Part shown: one piece after another, positions 36,214 through 45,897 of the stretch
Layout: every line of letters begins with the position of its first letter
How positions within the stretch are numbered: position 1 is the stretch's first letter
DNA from: Arcobacteraceae bacterium
Lineage (GTDB): Bacteria; Campylobacterota; Campylobacteria; Campylobacterales; Arcobacteraceae
Length of the DNA: 64,000 bases
NCBI GenBank assembly: GCA_963662945.1
Contig: OY759974.1
Coordinates: 736,001 to 800,000, forward strand
Direction of reading: 5' to 3'
Position numbers and translations under genes: made by a program
The notes under the pieces: model-generated
Told to the model about the DNA's origin: nothing
The model's input: only the letters and a program-made list of their open reading frames with translations
Database searches by the model: none

Positions 36214-36875
36214 AAAGCAAAATACTTCTTCTAGAAGATGATGTTAGTTTAAGTCAAACATTAGAAGAGTTTCTAGATGATAACAATTTTGAAGTTGTAT
36301 GTGCATATGACGGTAAAGAAGCTCAAGAGATTATTTATGAACAAAACTTTGATTTGTTTTTGTTAGATGTAAATGTACCACACATTGATGGTTTTACATT
36401 ATTAAAAGAACAAAGAGAAAACAATATCACTACACCTGCTATTTACATAACATCTTTAAACTCTATAGACTCTCTTGAACTTGGTTATAAAAGTGGTGCT
36501 GATGATTATATAAGAAAACCATTTGAACTCAAAGAATTGCTATTTCGAGTTGAAACTATTTTAAAAAGGGGATATTTTCATAATACTTCACACAATGTTG
36601 AAATTGATAAAAATATATCGTTTGATATTGATACGGATTTACTTCTTGTAAAAGGTGAAAAAATACAACTCAATACAAAAGAGATAAAACTTTTAAAACT
36701 TTTTTTACAAAATCAAAACATACCATTGTCTCATGAAAAAATATATGATACACTTTGGGAATATGATGAAACACCTAGCGAAACATCGTTACGTACATAT
36801 ATAAAAGTTTTGCGAAAATATATAGGGAAAGAAAAAATTGTTAGTATTAAAAAACTTGGATATAGATTTAATTAA
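36210..36875 (+). CDS. OmpR-family response regulator
   Basis: LLEDD, LLDVNVP, ITS and DDYIRKPF; winged helix ending LRTYIKVLRK...GYRF. Confidence 0.95.
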   Translation: MKSKILLLEDDVSLSQTLEEFLDDNNFEVVCAYDGKEAQEIIYEQNFDLFLLDVNVPHIDGFTLLKEQRENNITTPAIYITSLNSIDSLELGYKSGADDYIRKPFELKELLFRVETILKRGYFHNTSHNVEIDKNISFDIDTDLLLVKGEKIQLNTKEIKLLKLFLQNQNIPLSHEKIYDTLWEYDETPSETSLRTYIKVLRKYIGKEKIVSIKKLGYRFN

Positions 36876-38025
36876 AAAAGAAAAAAAAACACTTTTTAGT
36901 TTTTTAGCTTTATACTCTTTTTTAACCATAATTATTATAGCTACTATATCATTTTTATATTATAACTTTCAAAAAGACTTAATGCTTCAAGAAAAAAGAG
37001 TAGTTTTAGAAGACTATTCAAATGACTTAATCACTATTATAAAATATATGCATCTTAATTTTGAAACACAAAAAGATTATCCAAGAGATGGAAGATTTGA
37101 ATCAGCTATTTATGATAGTGATAAAACACAAATATTTTCAACTTTACAATCAAAACAAATAGAATTTGATAAATCTATCTATTTAACAGAAAATAAAATT
37201 CACTTTATCAATCAACCTGAATCTTATTATTTAGGTGCAAAATATATTATAATAGAGGTAAATGATAATAAACTTTGGCTAGATAAAGTCAAACATAATA
37301 TTCTCATATATGGAAGTTTAGCTTTTATTTTTATGACTATTATTGGATATTTTTTATTGCAACTTTTTTTAAAACCACTCAAAGACGCACTTCATTTACT
37401 TGATAGATTTATAAAAGATACAACCCATGAACTCAATACTCCTGTAAGTACGATTGTTACTAATATTGAGATGATTGATAAAACATCTCTTGATGAAAAA
37501 CTGCTAAAAAAAATCAATCGTATTGATATTGGTGCAAGAACAATTTCAAATATCTATCAGGATTTAACTTATCTAACTCTTAACAATAAAATCATCTCTC
37601 AAAATGAAAATCTCAATATCACTGAAACTATCAAACAAAGAGTAGAATACTTTAAAACTCTTGCTAATATAAAAAAAATCAAAATCAATACCTCTTTAGA
37701 AAATGATATAATCCTCTATATTGATAAAATAAAATTCAGTAAACTTATTGATAATCTTCTATCAAATGCGATTAAATACAATATTATTAATGGAACAATC
37801 AATATTGTCTTAACAAAAAATTCTATAACTATAAGCAATACAGGACAAGGAATAAAAAAAGAGCAAATCAAAAAAATGTTTGATAGATACAGTAGATTTG
37901 ATAAAAGTGTTGGTGGATTTGGAATTGGACTTAATATTGTCACAATGATTGCAAACGAATATAATCTTCAAATTGATATAAGTTCCATAGAAAATCAAGA
38001 AACAAAGGTAATAGTCTCATGGTAA
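36838..38025 (+). CDS. Sensor histidine kinase
   Basis: Two TM helices; H-box THELNTP; NAIKY and GFGIGL. Start uncertain (TTG 36838 or 36856), overlapping the regulator. Confidence 0.93.
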   Translation: MLVLKNLDIDLIKKEKKTLFSFLALYSFLTIIIIATISFLYYNFQKDLMLQEKRVVLEDYSNDLITIIKYMHLNFETQKDYPRDGRFESAIYDSDKTQIFSTLQSKQIEFDKSIYLTENKIHFINQPESYYLGAKYIIIEVNDNKLWLDKVKHNILIYGSLAFIFMTIIGYFLLQLFLKPLKDALHLLDRFIKDTTHELNTPVSTIVTNIEMIDKTSLDEKLLKKINRIDIGARTISNIYQDLTYLTLNNKIISQNENLNITETIKQRVEYFKTLANIKKIKINTSLENDIILYIDKIKFSKLIDNLLSNAIKYNIINGTINIVLTKNSITISNTGQGIKKEQIKKMFDRYSRFDKSVGGFGIGLNIVTMIANEYNLQIDISSIENQETKVIVSW

Positions 38026-38348
38026 AAAAAATCATACTGCTTATTCTCATTTCAAATATTATGTTTGGAGAGATTTATCAAACAAACTGTCTTCCTTGCC
38101 ATAAAAAAATTGATGTAACGTTAGAAAAGCTTTTTTTTAGATATCTTTTAAAACATAGTAGTGAAAAAAATATCAAAAAATCACTCATAGCCTATTTAAA
38201 AAATCCAACAATGAAAACAACTATTATGCCTGAAGCATTCATTAAAAGATATGGTATTAAGAAAAAAACAACTTTAAATGATGAAGAGTTACAAAAAGCT
38301 ATAGATATTTATTGGGATACATACAAAGTTTTTGGAAAACTCAAATAA
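38019..38348 (+). CDS. Monoheme c-type cytochrome
   Basis: Signal peptide, CLPCH heme motif, YLKNP...IMP distal Met. Confidence 0.8.
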   Translation: MVKKIILLILISNIMFGEIYQTNCLPCHKKIDVTLEKLFFRYLLKHSSEKNIKKSLIAYLKNPTMKTTIMPEAFIKRYGIKKKTTLNDEELQKAIDIYWDTYKVFGKLK

Positions 38349-38355
38349 ATTTCAT

Positions 38356-38389
38356 ACTTCACAATCACTCCACAATTTTCTTTTATACT
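38356..38389 (+). promoter_or_regulatory. Tandem 11-bp-period box plus -10 element upstream of cytochrome c553
   Basis: ACTTCACAAT (38356-38365), ACTCCACAAT (38367-38376), TATACT (38384-38389). Confidence 0.6.
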
Positions 38390-38418
38390 TCTTATTATAA
38401 AACAAAAAGGAGTTCAAA

Positions 38419-38715
38419 ATGAAAAAGATAATTGCAACAGTGGCACTAATAGCTACAACAAGTTTATTCGCAAACGGTGGAGATGTTCTTTATAAAAAAT
38501 GTGTTGGTTGTCATGGAGTTAAAGCTGAAAAAGCAGCATTGGGAAAATCAAAAATTGTAGCAAATATGTCAAAAGAAGAGATTGTAAAAGCTTTACAAGG
38601 ATACAAAGATGGCACTTATGGTGGAGCTATGAAAGGGATTATGAGAGGACAAGTTGCTAGTCTTGAAACAAAAGATTTTGATGCACTTGCTGAAGACATA
38701 ATAAACAATAAATAA
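38419..38715 (+). CDS. Cytochrome c553
   Basis: Signal peptide, CVGCHG, ALGKSK and GYKDGTYGGAMKGIM motifs. Confidence 0.93.
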   Translation: MKKIIATVALIATTSLFANGGDVLYKKCVGCHGVKAEKAALGKSKIVANMSKEEIVKALQGYKDGTYGGAMKGIMRGQVASLETKDFDALAEDIINNK

Positions 38716-38719
38716 ACTA

Positions 38720-38757
38720 AAACACCTATAGATTTTATCTATAGGTGTTTGTTTTTT
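38720..38757 (+). terminator. Intrinsic terminator
   Basis: AAACACCTATAGAT-ttt-ATCTATAGGTGTTT followed by a T-run. Confidence 0.8.
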
Positions 38758-38864
38758 ATACATCTGTCTAAATTTAAAAAAAGTTCAAAGTTTCATATCT
38801 CTTTACTCTCATTTTTAATACTATTTTTTATATAATATCTCAATATTCAAGAAGAGGAAGATTT

Positions 38865-39932
38865 ATGAATAATGCACTTTCAATAGAGCTTTTTAGGTTT
38901 AATCACAAAACAGATTATTTACCTTATTATAAAAAATATCAAACAACATATAATGAAAACACAACAGTTTTAGACTTATTAAATACTCTGAACAAAAATG
39001 AAAAATTTTGTTTTGATGGTATAGAACATTTTGGAATCAAAATAAACAATATTTTTGTAAAAACAACTGATTTAGTAAATAGAATTGTATTAGCGACATC
39101 AAATGATTTAATAATAGAACCAGTAAGTAACTATAGAGCTATCGAAGATTTAAAAATCAATAATGATGATTTTTTTGAAAAAATTAGTATATTTGATAAA
39201 TATTTATCTAAAGAACAAAAAGAGGAATATACTACAAAATTACAATTTGAATATTATTCTTCAAATACACTCAATATCAATAAAGAGTATATTGGAGATC
39301 ACTGTGTAATTATTGCAAGTGATTTAATGGCACAAAATCCTGAACTAAAAAATGAAATAATACAGTTAATTAGCAATACAAATAATGGTGTATGGTACAG
39401 TACTTCAAAAGATAATAGAATCTTGAATATCAATACAACATATAAAAATCAAATCGATACAATGATACAAGAAGTAACAAAGTATCAAACAAATAATACT
39501 ACTTATGAAGAAAATATTACAGATACAATAGCACAAAAATTCACTAACTTTAATATAGCTGTTTATGACACAATAGATACCCTGACATTAAAAAAAGCTA
39601 TTCTTAACAGTGAAGCAAAATACATAGATATTGTATCCAAAAATGATGATTTAGCACTTCACAGTCAAGTAGTAAATAAAACATTTTCTTATAAGATTGC
39701 AGGAAATATTTTACTTGAAGCAAAGGATAACAATGCTGATTTCATAGTTGTAAAAAGTGAAGATGCTTTTAAATTATTTGATAATAAACAAAAAGATATT
39801 GAAAAAACTATAGGAAGAGATATTCAACTTCCAGTTATTACACTTACACAATTTAATAACATATTACAAGGTGAAAAAGATGCTAAAACTCTAGGTTTTA
39901 ATAACCATAAAGTAGCTGTTTCATTTTTATAA
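38865..39932 (+). CDS. SdhB/SdhE(HdrB)-like fusion protein lacking Fe-S cysteine motifs
   Basis: FRFNHKTDYLPYY, NKEYIG and GVWY segments align with downstream SdhB; LEAKDNNADF...IGRDIQLPV...LGFNNH aligns with downstream SdhE. Confidence 0.75.
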   Translation: MNNALSIELFRFNHKTDYLPYYKKYQTTYNENTTVLDLLNTLNKNEKFCFDGIEHFGIKINNIFVKTTDLVNRIVLATSNDLIIEPVSNYRAIEDLKINNDDFFEKISIFDKYLSKEQKEEYTTKLQFEYYSSNTLNINKEYIGDHCVIIASDLMAQNPELKNEIIQLISNTNNGVWYSTSKDNRILNINTTYKNQIDTMIQEVTKYQTNNTTYEENITDTIAQKFTNFNIAVYDTIDTLTLKKAILNSEAKYIDIVSKNDDLALHSQVVNKTFSYKIAGNILLEAKDNNADFIVVKSEDAFKLFDNKQKDIEKTIGRDIQLPVITLTQFNNILQGEKDAKTLGFNNHKVAVSFL

Positions 39933-39940
39933 AAAATTTT

Positions 39941-39968
39941 CAATGAAAAGTATTTTTACTTTTCATTG
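39941..39968. terminator. Hairpin between the Sdh-like gene and sdhA
   Basis: CAATGAAAAGTA-tttt-TACTTTTCATTG, perfect 12-bp stem. Confidence 0.65.
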
Positions 39969-40096
39969 CTTCAATTTGTAACAAGGTATTTAACACTTTT
40001 TACACACTAATCAAATATTTAATAAACTTATATATAAAACTTCTGTAGAATAATTCTAAATTAATTTTTATCCAAAACAATTCAAAAGGAACAAAT

Positions 40097-41812
40097 ATGA
40101 GTATTCCAATTCATAAATACGACGTTGTTATTGTTGGTGCAGGACTTGCGGGATGTGCTGCGGCTAGAGAAGCTGCGCATGCTGGTTTAAGTGTATGTGT
40201 ACTAACAAAACTTCATCCACTAAGAAGCCACTCAGGTGCAGCGCAAGGTGGTATCAATGCAGCTTTAAGTGCAGAAGATACTGTTGAGCTCCATGAGTTT
40301 GACACAGTGAAAGGGTCTGATTATTTAGGTGATCAAGATGCGATTAAACTTATGTGTGAAAAGGCTCCTGAAACAATTAGATGGGCTGAACGAATGGGGG
40401 CAGTTTTTTCTAGAAACGAAGAGGGTAAAATAGCACAAAGACCATTTGGAGGTCAAAGTAAACCAAGAGCCTGTTATGCAAAAGATAGAACAGGTTTAAC
40501 ACTTCTTCAAACAATTTATGAACAAGCACACAGAGATGGTGTTGATTTTAAAGATGAATATTACGTATCAGATTTAATTTATGAAGATGGAAAAGTAAAT
40601 GGTGTATTTGCTTTTGATTTAGTAGATAGCAAACCTATGATTTTCAACGCACGAGCTGTTATGTTTGCAACTGGTGGATATGGTAGAGCATTTAGAATTA
40701 ACTCAAATGCACATGCAAATACTGGTGATGCATTAAGTATTGTTGCACGTCACGGTCTACCATTAGAAGATATGGAATTTGTACAATTTCATCCAACAGG
40801 AATTGCTGGAAGTGGTGTACTTATTTCTGAAGCAGCACGTGGTGAAGGTGGAATCCTTTACAACTCTTTAGGTGAGAGATTTATGGAAAAATATGCTCCA
40901 AACAAACTTGAACTAGCTTCTAGAGATGTTGTATCAAGAGCAATAACAAAAGAGATATTAGAAGGTAGAGGATGTGGTGAAAATAAAGACCATGTACTTA
41001 TTGACTTAACGCATCTTGGTGAAAAAATCATTATGGAAAGATTGCCAGAGCTTAGAGATTTAGCTATTACTTTCTTAGGTCAAGATATGATAAAAGAACC
41101 AATCTCTATTGCTGCAACTGCGCACTATTCAATGGGTGGAATTCCAGTAAATAAAGATGGACATGTAAGAAAAAATACAAAAGAATTTGTAGAAGGTTTT
41201 TATGCAGCTGGCGAGTGTAGTTGTGTAAGTGTTCATGGAGCAAATAGACTTGGAGCAAACTCAGTACTTGAAGCTTTATTTTTTGGAAGACATGTAGGTC
41301 AAACTATTGTTAAAGATGTAAAAGCTGGAATACCTTTTAAAGATGCAAAAGTAGAAGATGCAATGCCAGCACTTAACAGAATTGAAGCTATTAGAACATC
41401 AAGTGGAAATGAAAAAGTTCCTAATTTACGAACTGAATTACAACAAGGTATGACAGATAATGCTGGTGTATTTAGAACAGAATCTTCTCTTTTAAAACAA
41501 CAAGAAAATATCAAACAATTAAAAGAAAGATTTAAAAATATTAGAATTGATGACAAATCAAAAATATATAATACTGATCTTCAAGAAGCAATAGAATTTA
41601 GTCATATGTTAGATTATAGTGCATTTATCGTTGATGGAGCAATTCATAGAAAAGAGAGTCGAGGTGCACATTATAGAGAAGAATATCAAACAAGAGATGA
41701 TGAAAACTTCTTAAAACACACTATGGCTTATATGGATAAAGAGGGTAATATTACTACAGAATATATGGATGTTGTAATGGGTTACTTTGAACCTCAAGAG
41801 CGAACATACTAG
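40097..41812 (+). CDS. sdhA: Succinate dehydrogenase/fumarate reductase flavoprotein subunit
   Basis: [16 protein letters not shown] (FAD-binding His), [20 protein letters not shown] and HGANRLG motifs; no Tat signal. Confidence 0.95.
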   Translation: MSIPIHKYDVVIVGAGLAGCAAAREAAHAGLSVCVLTKLHPLRSHSGAAQGGINAALSAEDTVELHEFDTVKGSDYLGDQDAIKLMCEKAPETIRWAERMGAVFSRNEEGKIAQRPFGGQSKPRACYAKDRTGLTLLQTIYEQAHRDGVDFKDEYYVSDLIYEDGKVNGVFAFDLVDSKPMIFNARAVMFATGGYGRAFRINSNAHANTGDALSIVARHGLPLEDMEFVQFHPTGIAGSGVLISEAARGEGGILYNSLGERFMEKYAPNKLELASRDVVSRAITKEILEGRGCGENKDHVLIDLTHLGEKIIMERLPELRDLAITFLGQDMIKEPISIAATAHYSMGGIPVNKDGHVRKNTKEFVEGFYAAGECSCVSVHGANRLGANSVLEALFFGRHVGQTIVKDVKAGIPFKDAKVEDAMPALNRIEAIRTSSGNEKVPNLRTELQQGMTDNAGVFRTESSLLKQQENIKQLKERFKNIRIDDKSKIYNTDLQEAIEFSHMLDYSAFIVDGAIHRKESRGAHYREEYQTRDDENFLKHTMAYMDKEGNITTEYMDVVMGYFEPQERTY

Positions 41813-41818
41813 GAGATA

Positions 41819-42802
41819 ATGATGAGTCACAAACATGGAATAAAAAAATTAACATTTAAAGTTTTTAGATTTAACAAAGATACAGATTATCTCCCACACT
41901 ATGATACTATAGAGATGGATGTAAATCAAGACGAACTTGTACTTGATGTAATGAATAGAATCAAATGGGAACATGATGGAAGCTTCTCATACAGAAGAAG
42001 TTGTAGACATGGTATTTGTGGAAGCTGTGCAGTAAAAGTAAATCAAAAACCAACGCTTGCTTGTAAAGACAACGTATTTGATCTTGTTGAAATTTTTGGA
42101 GAAGAGTTAACACTTGAGCCTCAAGATATCAAAAGAGCATACAAAGATATGGTAATAGATAAATCAAACTTCTGGGAAAAATATGACGCTGTAAAACCTT
42201 ATGTTGTTACAGATATCGACGAGTTCCCAACACAAGAAAACATTGTAACACAAGAAGAAGCTGAACTTATAGATGAAGCTGATTATTGTATTGCCTGTGG
42301 AAACTGTTTCTTTGCATGTCCTGCTGTTGAAGTAAACAGTGATTATCTTGGACCTATGGCATTAACAAAAGCATGGAGATTTAATGCTGATGTTAGAGAT
42401 AATGCGCAACACGAAAGATTAGATACTTTGCAAAAATTAGGTTCAGGTATTTGGGATTGTGTTAAATGTAATGAATGTGCTGAAGCTTGTCCAAAAGAAT
42501 TAGACCCTATAGGGAAAATTACAAAATTACATCTACAAACATTCCAAGAAGAAAAATCTCTTAATAATGTTGCAGTAAGACATGCAGTTGGATTTAAATG
42601 GTCTATTAAAAAACATGGTATCTTAGATGAAGGTGAACTTGTAAGATATAGTGAAGGTAATATTGGTGTTCTAAAACATATTCCTGAAGCAATACCAATG
42701 TTTTTACGAGGAAAATTAGTAATGCCTTGGAATATGCCAAAATCTAAAAATTTAGATGAAATTAAAAAACTTGTTGAAATTGCTTCAACAGTGAAGTATT
42801 AG
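41819..42802 (+). CDS. sdhB: Succinate dehydrogenase/fumarate reductase Fe-S subunit
   Basis: CRHGICGSC...C (2Fe-2S), CIACGNCFFACP and CVKCNECAEACP (two 4Fe-4S-type motifs), plus a C-terminal extension. Confidence 0.95.
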   Translation: MMSHKHGIKKLTFKVFRFNKDTDYLPHYDTIEMDVNQDELVLDVMNRIKWEHDGSFSYRRSCRHGICGSCAVKVNQKPTLACKDNVFDLVEIFGEELTLEPQDIKRAYKDMVIDKSNFWEKYDAVKPYVVTDIDEFPTQENIVTQEEAELIDEADYCIACGNCFFACPAVEVNSDYLGPMALTKAWRFNADVRDNAQHERLDTLQKLGSGIWDCVKCNECAEACPKELDPIGKITKLHLQTFQEEKSLNNVAVRHAVGFKWSIKKHGILDEGELVRYSEGNIGVLKHIPEAIPMFLRGKLVMPWNMPKSKNLDEIKKLVEIASTVKY

Positions 42803-42811
42803 GAGTAAAGA

Positions 42812-43696
42812 ATGGAAAAATTAAAATATGCATTATACACTGGTTGTACAGCAAGAGAATCAACTCCTGAACTTTTGAAATCAACAATGGCAATTGCTGA
42901 TAAACTTGGTATAGAACTTGTTTTATTAGACGAAGCAAGTTGTTGTGGAGCAAGCCATTTACAAGATTTTGATGATATGTTATCACTCACTTTAAATGCA
43001 AGAAATATTTGCTATGCAGAGAAACTAGGACTTACAATGGTAACTATTTGTAATACTTGTCAATTAAACACAGCACTTACAAAAGATAGACTTGATAGTG
43101 ATCTAGAATTAAAAGCTAAAGTAAATGAAAAATTAGCAGAAATAGGACTTGAATATAAAGGGACTAGCGAAGTAAAACATTTCTTATATGCATTACAAGA
43201 TGATTATGGATATGATAATATTGCTGCTAAAGTTACAAATCCAATCTCAGATATAAATGTTGCATCATTTTATGGTTGTCATAATATTAGACCAAGCCAT
43301 TTACAAAATAAATCAAATGGAACTGAAAACCCATATAAACCAACTTCATTAGATAACTTAGTAGTTGCACTTGGTGGAAATGCAGTTGAATATGAATCAA
43401 AAAACAAATGTTGTGGTTTTCACGTTGAATTACAAAATCCACAAACAGCAAATAGATTAAGTGGAACTGCTATGTTAGATGCAATTGATAACAACGCTGA
43501 TATGATGGTAACACCTTGTCCATTATGTCATTTAAGAATGGACGTACAACAACATGGTATTAGTAAAGAGATGGGAAGACCTGTAGATATTGCAGTACTT
43601 CACTTACCACAAATGGTTGGAATTGCTCTTGGAATTGCACCTAAAGATTTAGGACTAAATCATAATGTTAATCAAACAGGATTAAATGTAAAATAA
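42812..43696 (+). CDS. sdhE: CCG-domain (HdrB-like) subunit of type E succinate:quinone oxidoreductase
   Basis: YTGC...CCG...CNTC and FYGC...CCG...CPLC motifs. Confidence 0.9.
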   Translation: MEKLKYALYTGCTARESTPELLKSTMAIADKLGIELVLLDEASCCGASHLQDFDDMLSLTLNARNICYAEKLGLTMVTICNTCQLNTALTKDRLDSDLELKAKVNEKLAEIGLEYKGTSEVKHFLYALQDDYGYDNIAAKVTNPISDINVASFYGCHNIRPSHLQNKSNGTENPYKPTSLDNLVVALGGNAVEYESKNKCCGFHVELQNPQTANRLSGTAMLDAIDNNADMMVTPCPLCHLRMDVQQHGISKEMGRPVDIAVLHLPQMVGIALGIAPKDLGLNHNVNQTGLNVK

Positions 43697-43699
43697 GCT

Positions 43700-45238
43700 T
43701 TAGTGCAAAGTTTCTAAACTATGCATGGAGTTCATTTTTTCTTCCTCAATATCATAAGTTTTTATATCAAAAGAGACTTCCTCTTTTGATATAATATTTT
43801 GAATCATTTTTCTATCTTGTGCACCATTAATAGCAAATTCATATCTATTTTTTATCTTTTCTATTTCTGTAATATCTGAAAATGTAGCTAAATATCTGAT
43901 TTGATTATTGATTTTTACCTTTGCTACATTTACACTAAATATATACTCTTCTGAATTTTTTAATAAAATGACTTTATGCATTTTTCTTGGATTTTCTATA
44001 ACATATTCAAACCAAAGTTTGTTTCCTATTTGCTTTTGCAAATATCCAACTCTTTTTATAAATAGTTCACAAATTGATTTATATTGTTTTTTAAAAGCAT
44101 CCAAATTATCATAACCTGTAAACTCTAAAAATTCTCTATTTGCTGTAAATACTTCTCCATTATATATTGTAAAAACAAGATTTTTAGAACCATTTTCAAC
44201 CGCTTTTAAATATGATTCATTCTCCTTTATAGTAGCAATAGTTTCTTGATAAAATGTATTTAATTCCCTTGAAAATTTCATAATAGAACCACTTACTAAA
44301 ATAAAAATAATAATTACAAATAAAATAACTATAATAATAATTTGCCATTTTGTACTATTTTGACTATGTAATCTATCTGTAATATCTTCAAAGAAAAGAT
44401 ATTTTCCCAATGTACGACCATCATAATCTCTTAAATTTTCATAATGAATAAAATACGTTCGATCTTTTAAATTAATCTGAATAGAGTCTTCAAAAGCATA
44501 TCCTTTTGGTAAAGCATCCAATAACTCTTTTGTTTTTGCATTTACTTTTGTTTGTAATCTATAGTTTCCAATTTTAAAATCTATATTTGTAGAAAAGAGT
44601 TTTAAATGTTGATCTTCTAAAAATAACATTCCCTGTTCAGTAAGCAATTCTGAAATTTGCTCAATAAAATAATTTGGATTTATACCAATACCTATAGAAC
44701 CTAAAAAATTTGTTCCATCATATAAAGGCATCATAATTCTAAATGCTGTTGCATGAAGTCCTGTTTCATATCCAATTAAAGTACTCTTGGTTTTCATCAT
44801 CTCCTGAACCATAGGTCTTAGTTTCATAATATCATCATTATAATGTTCTTTTGCATGAACTCGTAAAAATGATTTACCATCTTTTGTAATAATATGTAAT
44901 GTTGCAAAATAGGGATTTTCTCTTTTCATAAATTCAAATTTTGGCTTTAATGCTTTATATAGCCCTTCCCTATCTTTATTTGCAACATATTGTGCAACAT
45001 TTTCAATTACTAAAAGTCGTATTAATAAATTTCTATACTGTGTAATATTATGATTAAGTGTATGTTCTATGGTATTGTGGATATGTTTTTGAGATGAAGT
45101 ATTAAATTGTTCAAAACTTTTATTCTGTGCTAAATTTAAAATATAAACTAAAATAATTAAAAGGATTGAAAACACAATAACTAATGTTTTGAATATATCA
45201 GAACGTAATCGAACTGTTGTAAAATTTTCTTTCGTCAA
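43700..45238 (-). pseudogene. Cache-PAS membrane sensor, C-terminally truncated (no output domain)
   Basis: TM, Cache (SFLRVH...GYETG), TM, PAS; breaks after RYEFAINGAQD and the tail runs through a 14-bp hairpin. Confidence 0.7.
43762..43794. terminator. Bidirectional terminator-like hairpin downstream of sdhE
   Basis: TTATATCAAAAGAG-acttc-CTCTTTTGATATAA, perfect 14-bp stem. Confidence 0.7.
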
Positions 45239-45391
45239 TAACTCCTTATATTAAATCATTGTAGCAAAAAAAATATAGAATTAGAATAAAATTACTATTT
45301 ACTTAAAGTTATCTATTAAAGACAATTTTTATCTTATATCTTAAATGTTTTTATAGTATACTTTTCCAAATTAAAAAACAAGGAATTTAAT

Positions 45392-45775
45392 ATGCCAAAG
45401 ATTAATAAATATGTAGATATTGACCAAGTAGAAAGAGAAGCTAAAAAAGATTTAATAGACAGACACAGCCCATTTATTCACTGTGCTAGTACTGCAACTG
45501 CAGGTGAACCTTTTGAAGTAACAGTAAAAATGGGTAACGAATATACTCATCCAGATGATTTTGATCATTATATTGAATCAGTAACACTTTTTGATGGTGA
45601 TACAATGTTAGCAAAAGCTACTTATGTACCAGGAACTTTAGGAAATACTAAGGCACACAATACTACAACTTTTACAATTATTCCAACAGGAAAAAAATTA
45701 AACCTTGTAGCACATGGTTACTGTACAAAACATGGTATCTGGGAAGGTACTCCTGTAGAAGTAACTGTTAATTAA
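45392..45775 (+). CDS. Superoxide reductase-like (class II SORL / desulfoferrodoxin family) protein
   Basis: Metal ligands in RHSP, THPDDFDHYI and YCTKHGIW. Confidence 0.88.
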   Translation: MPKINKYVDIDQVEREAKKDLIDRHSPFIHCASTATAGEPFEVTVKMGNEYTHPDDFDHYIESVTLFDGDTMLAKATYVPGTLGNTKAHNTTTFTIIPTGKKLNLVAHGYCTKHGIWEGTPVEVTVN

Positions 45776-45796
45776 TAGATTATAATTACAGTATTT

Positions 45797-45833
45797 AAAA
45801 AAGGTGAAAGTTAACGTACTTTCACCTTTTTTT
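45797..45833 (+). terminator. Intrinsic terminator
   Basis: AAAAAAGGTGAAAGT-taacgt-ACTTTCACCTTTTTT. Confidence 0.85.
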
Positions 45834-45897
45834 ATTAATTATTATAAAATAAGATTGTTTTAGTATAATCAAAGAAAATAAATTAGGTTTATGCACA

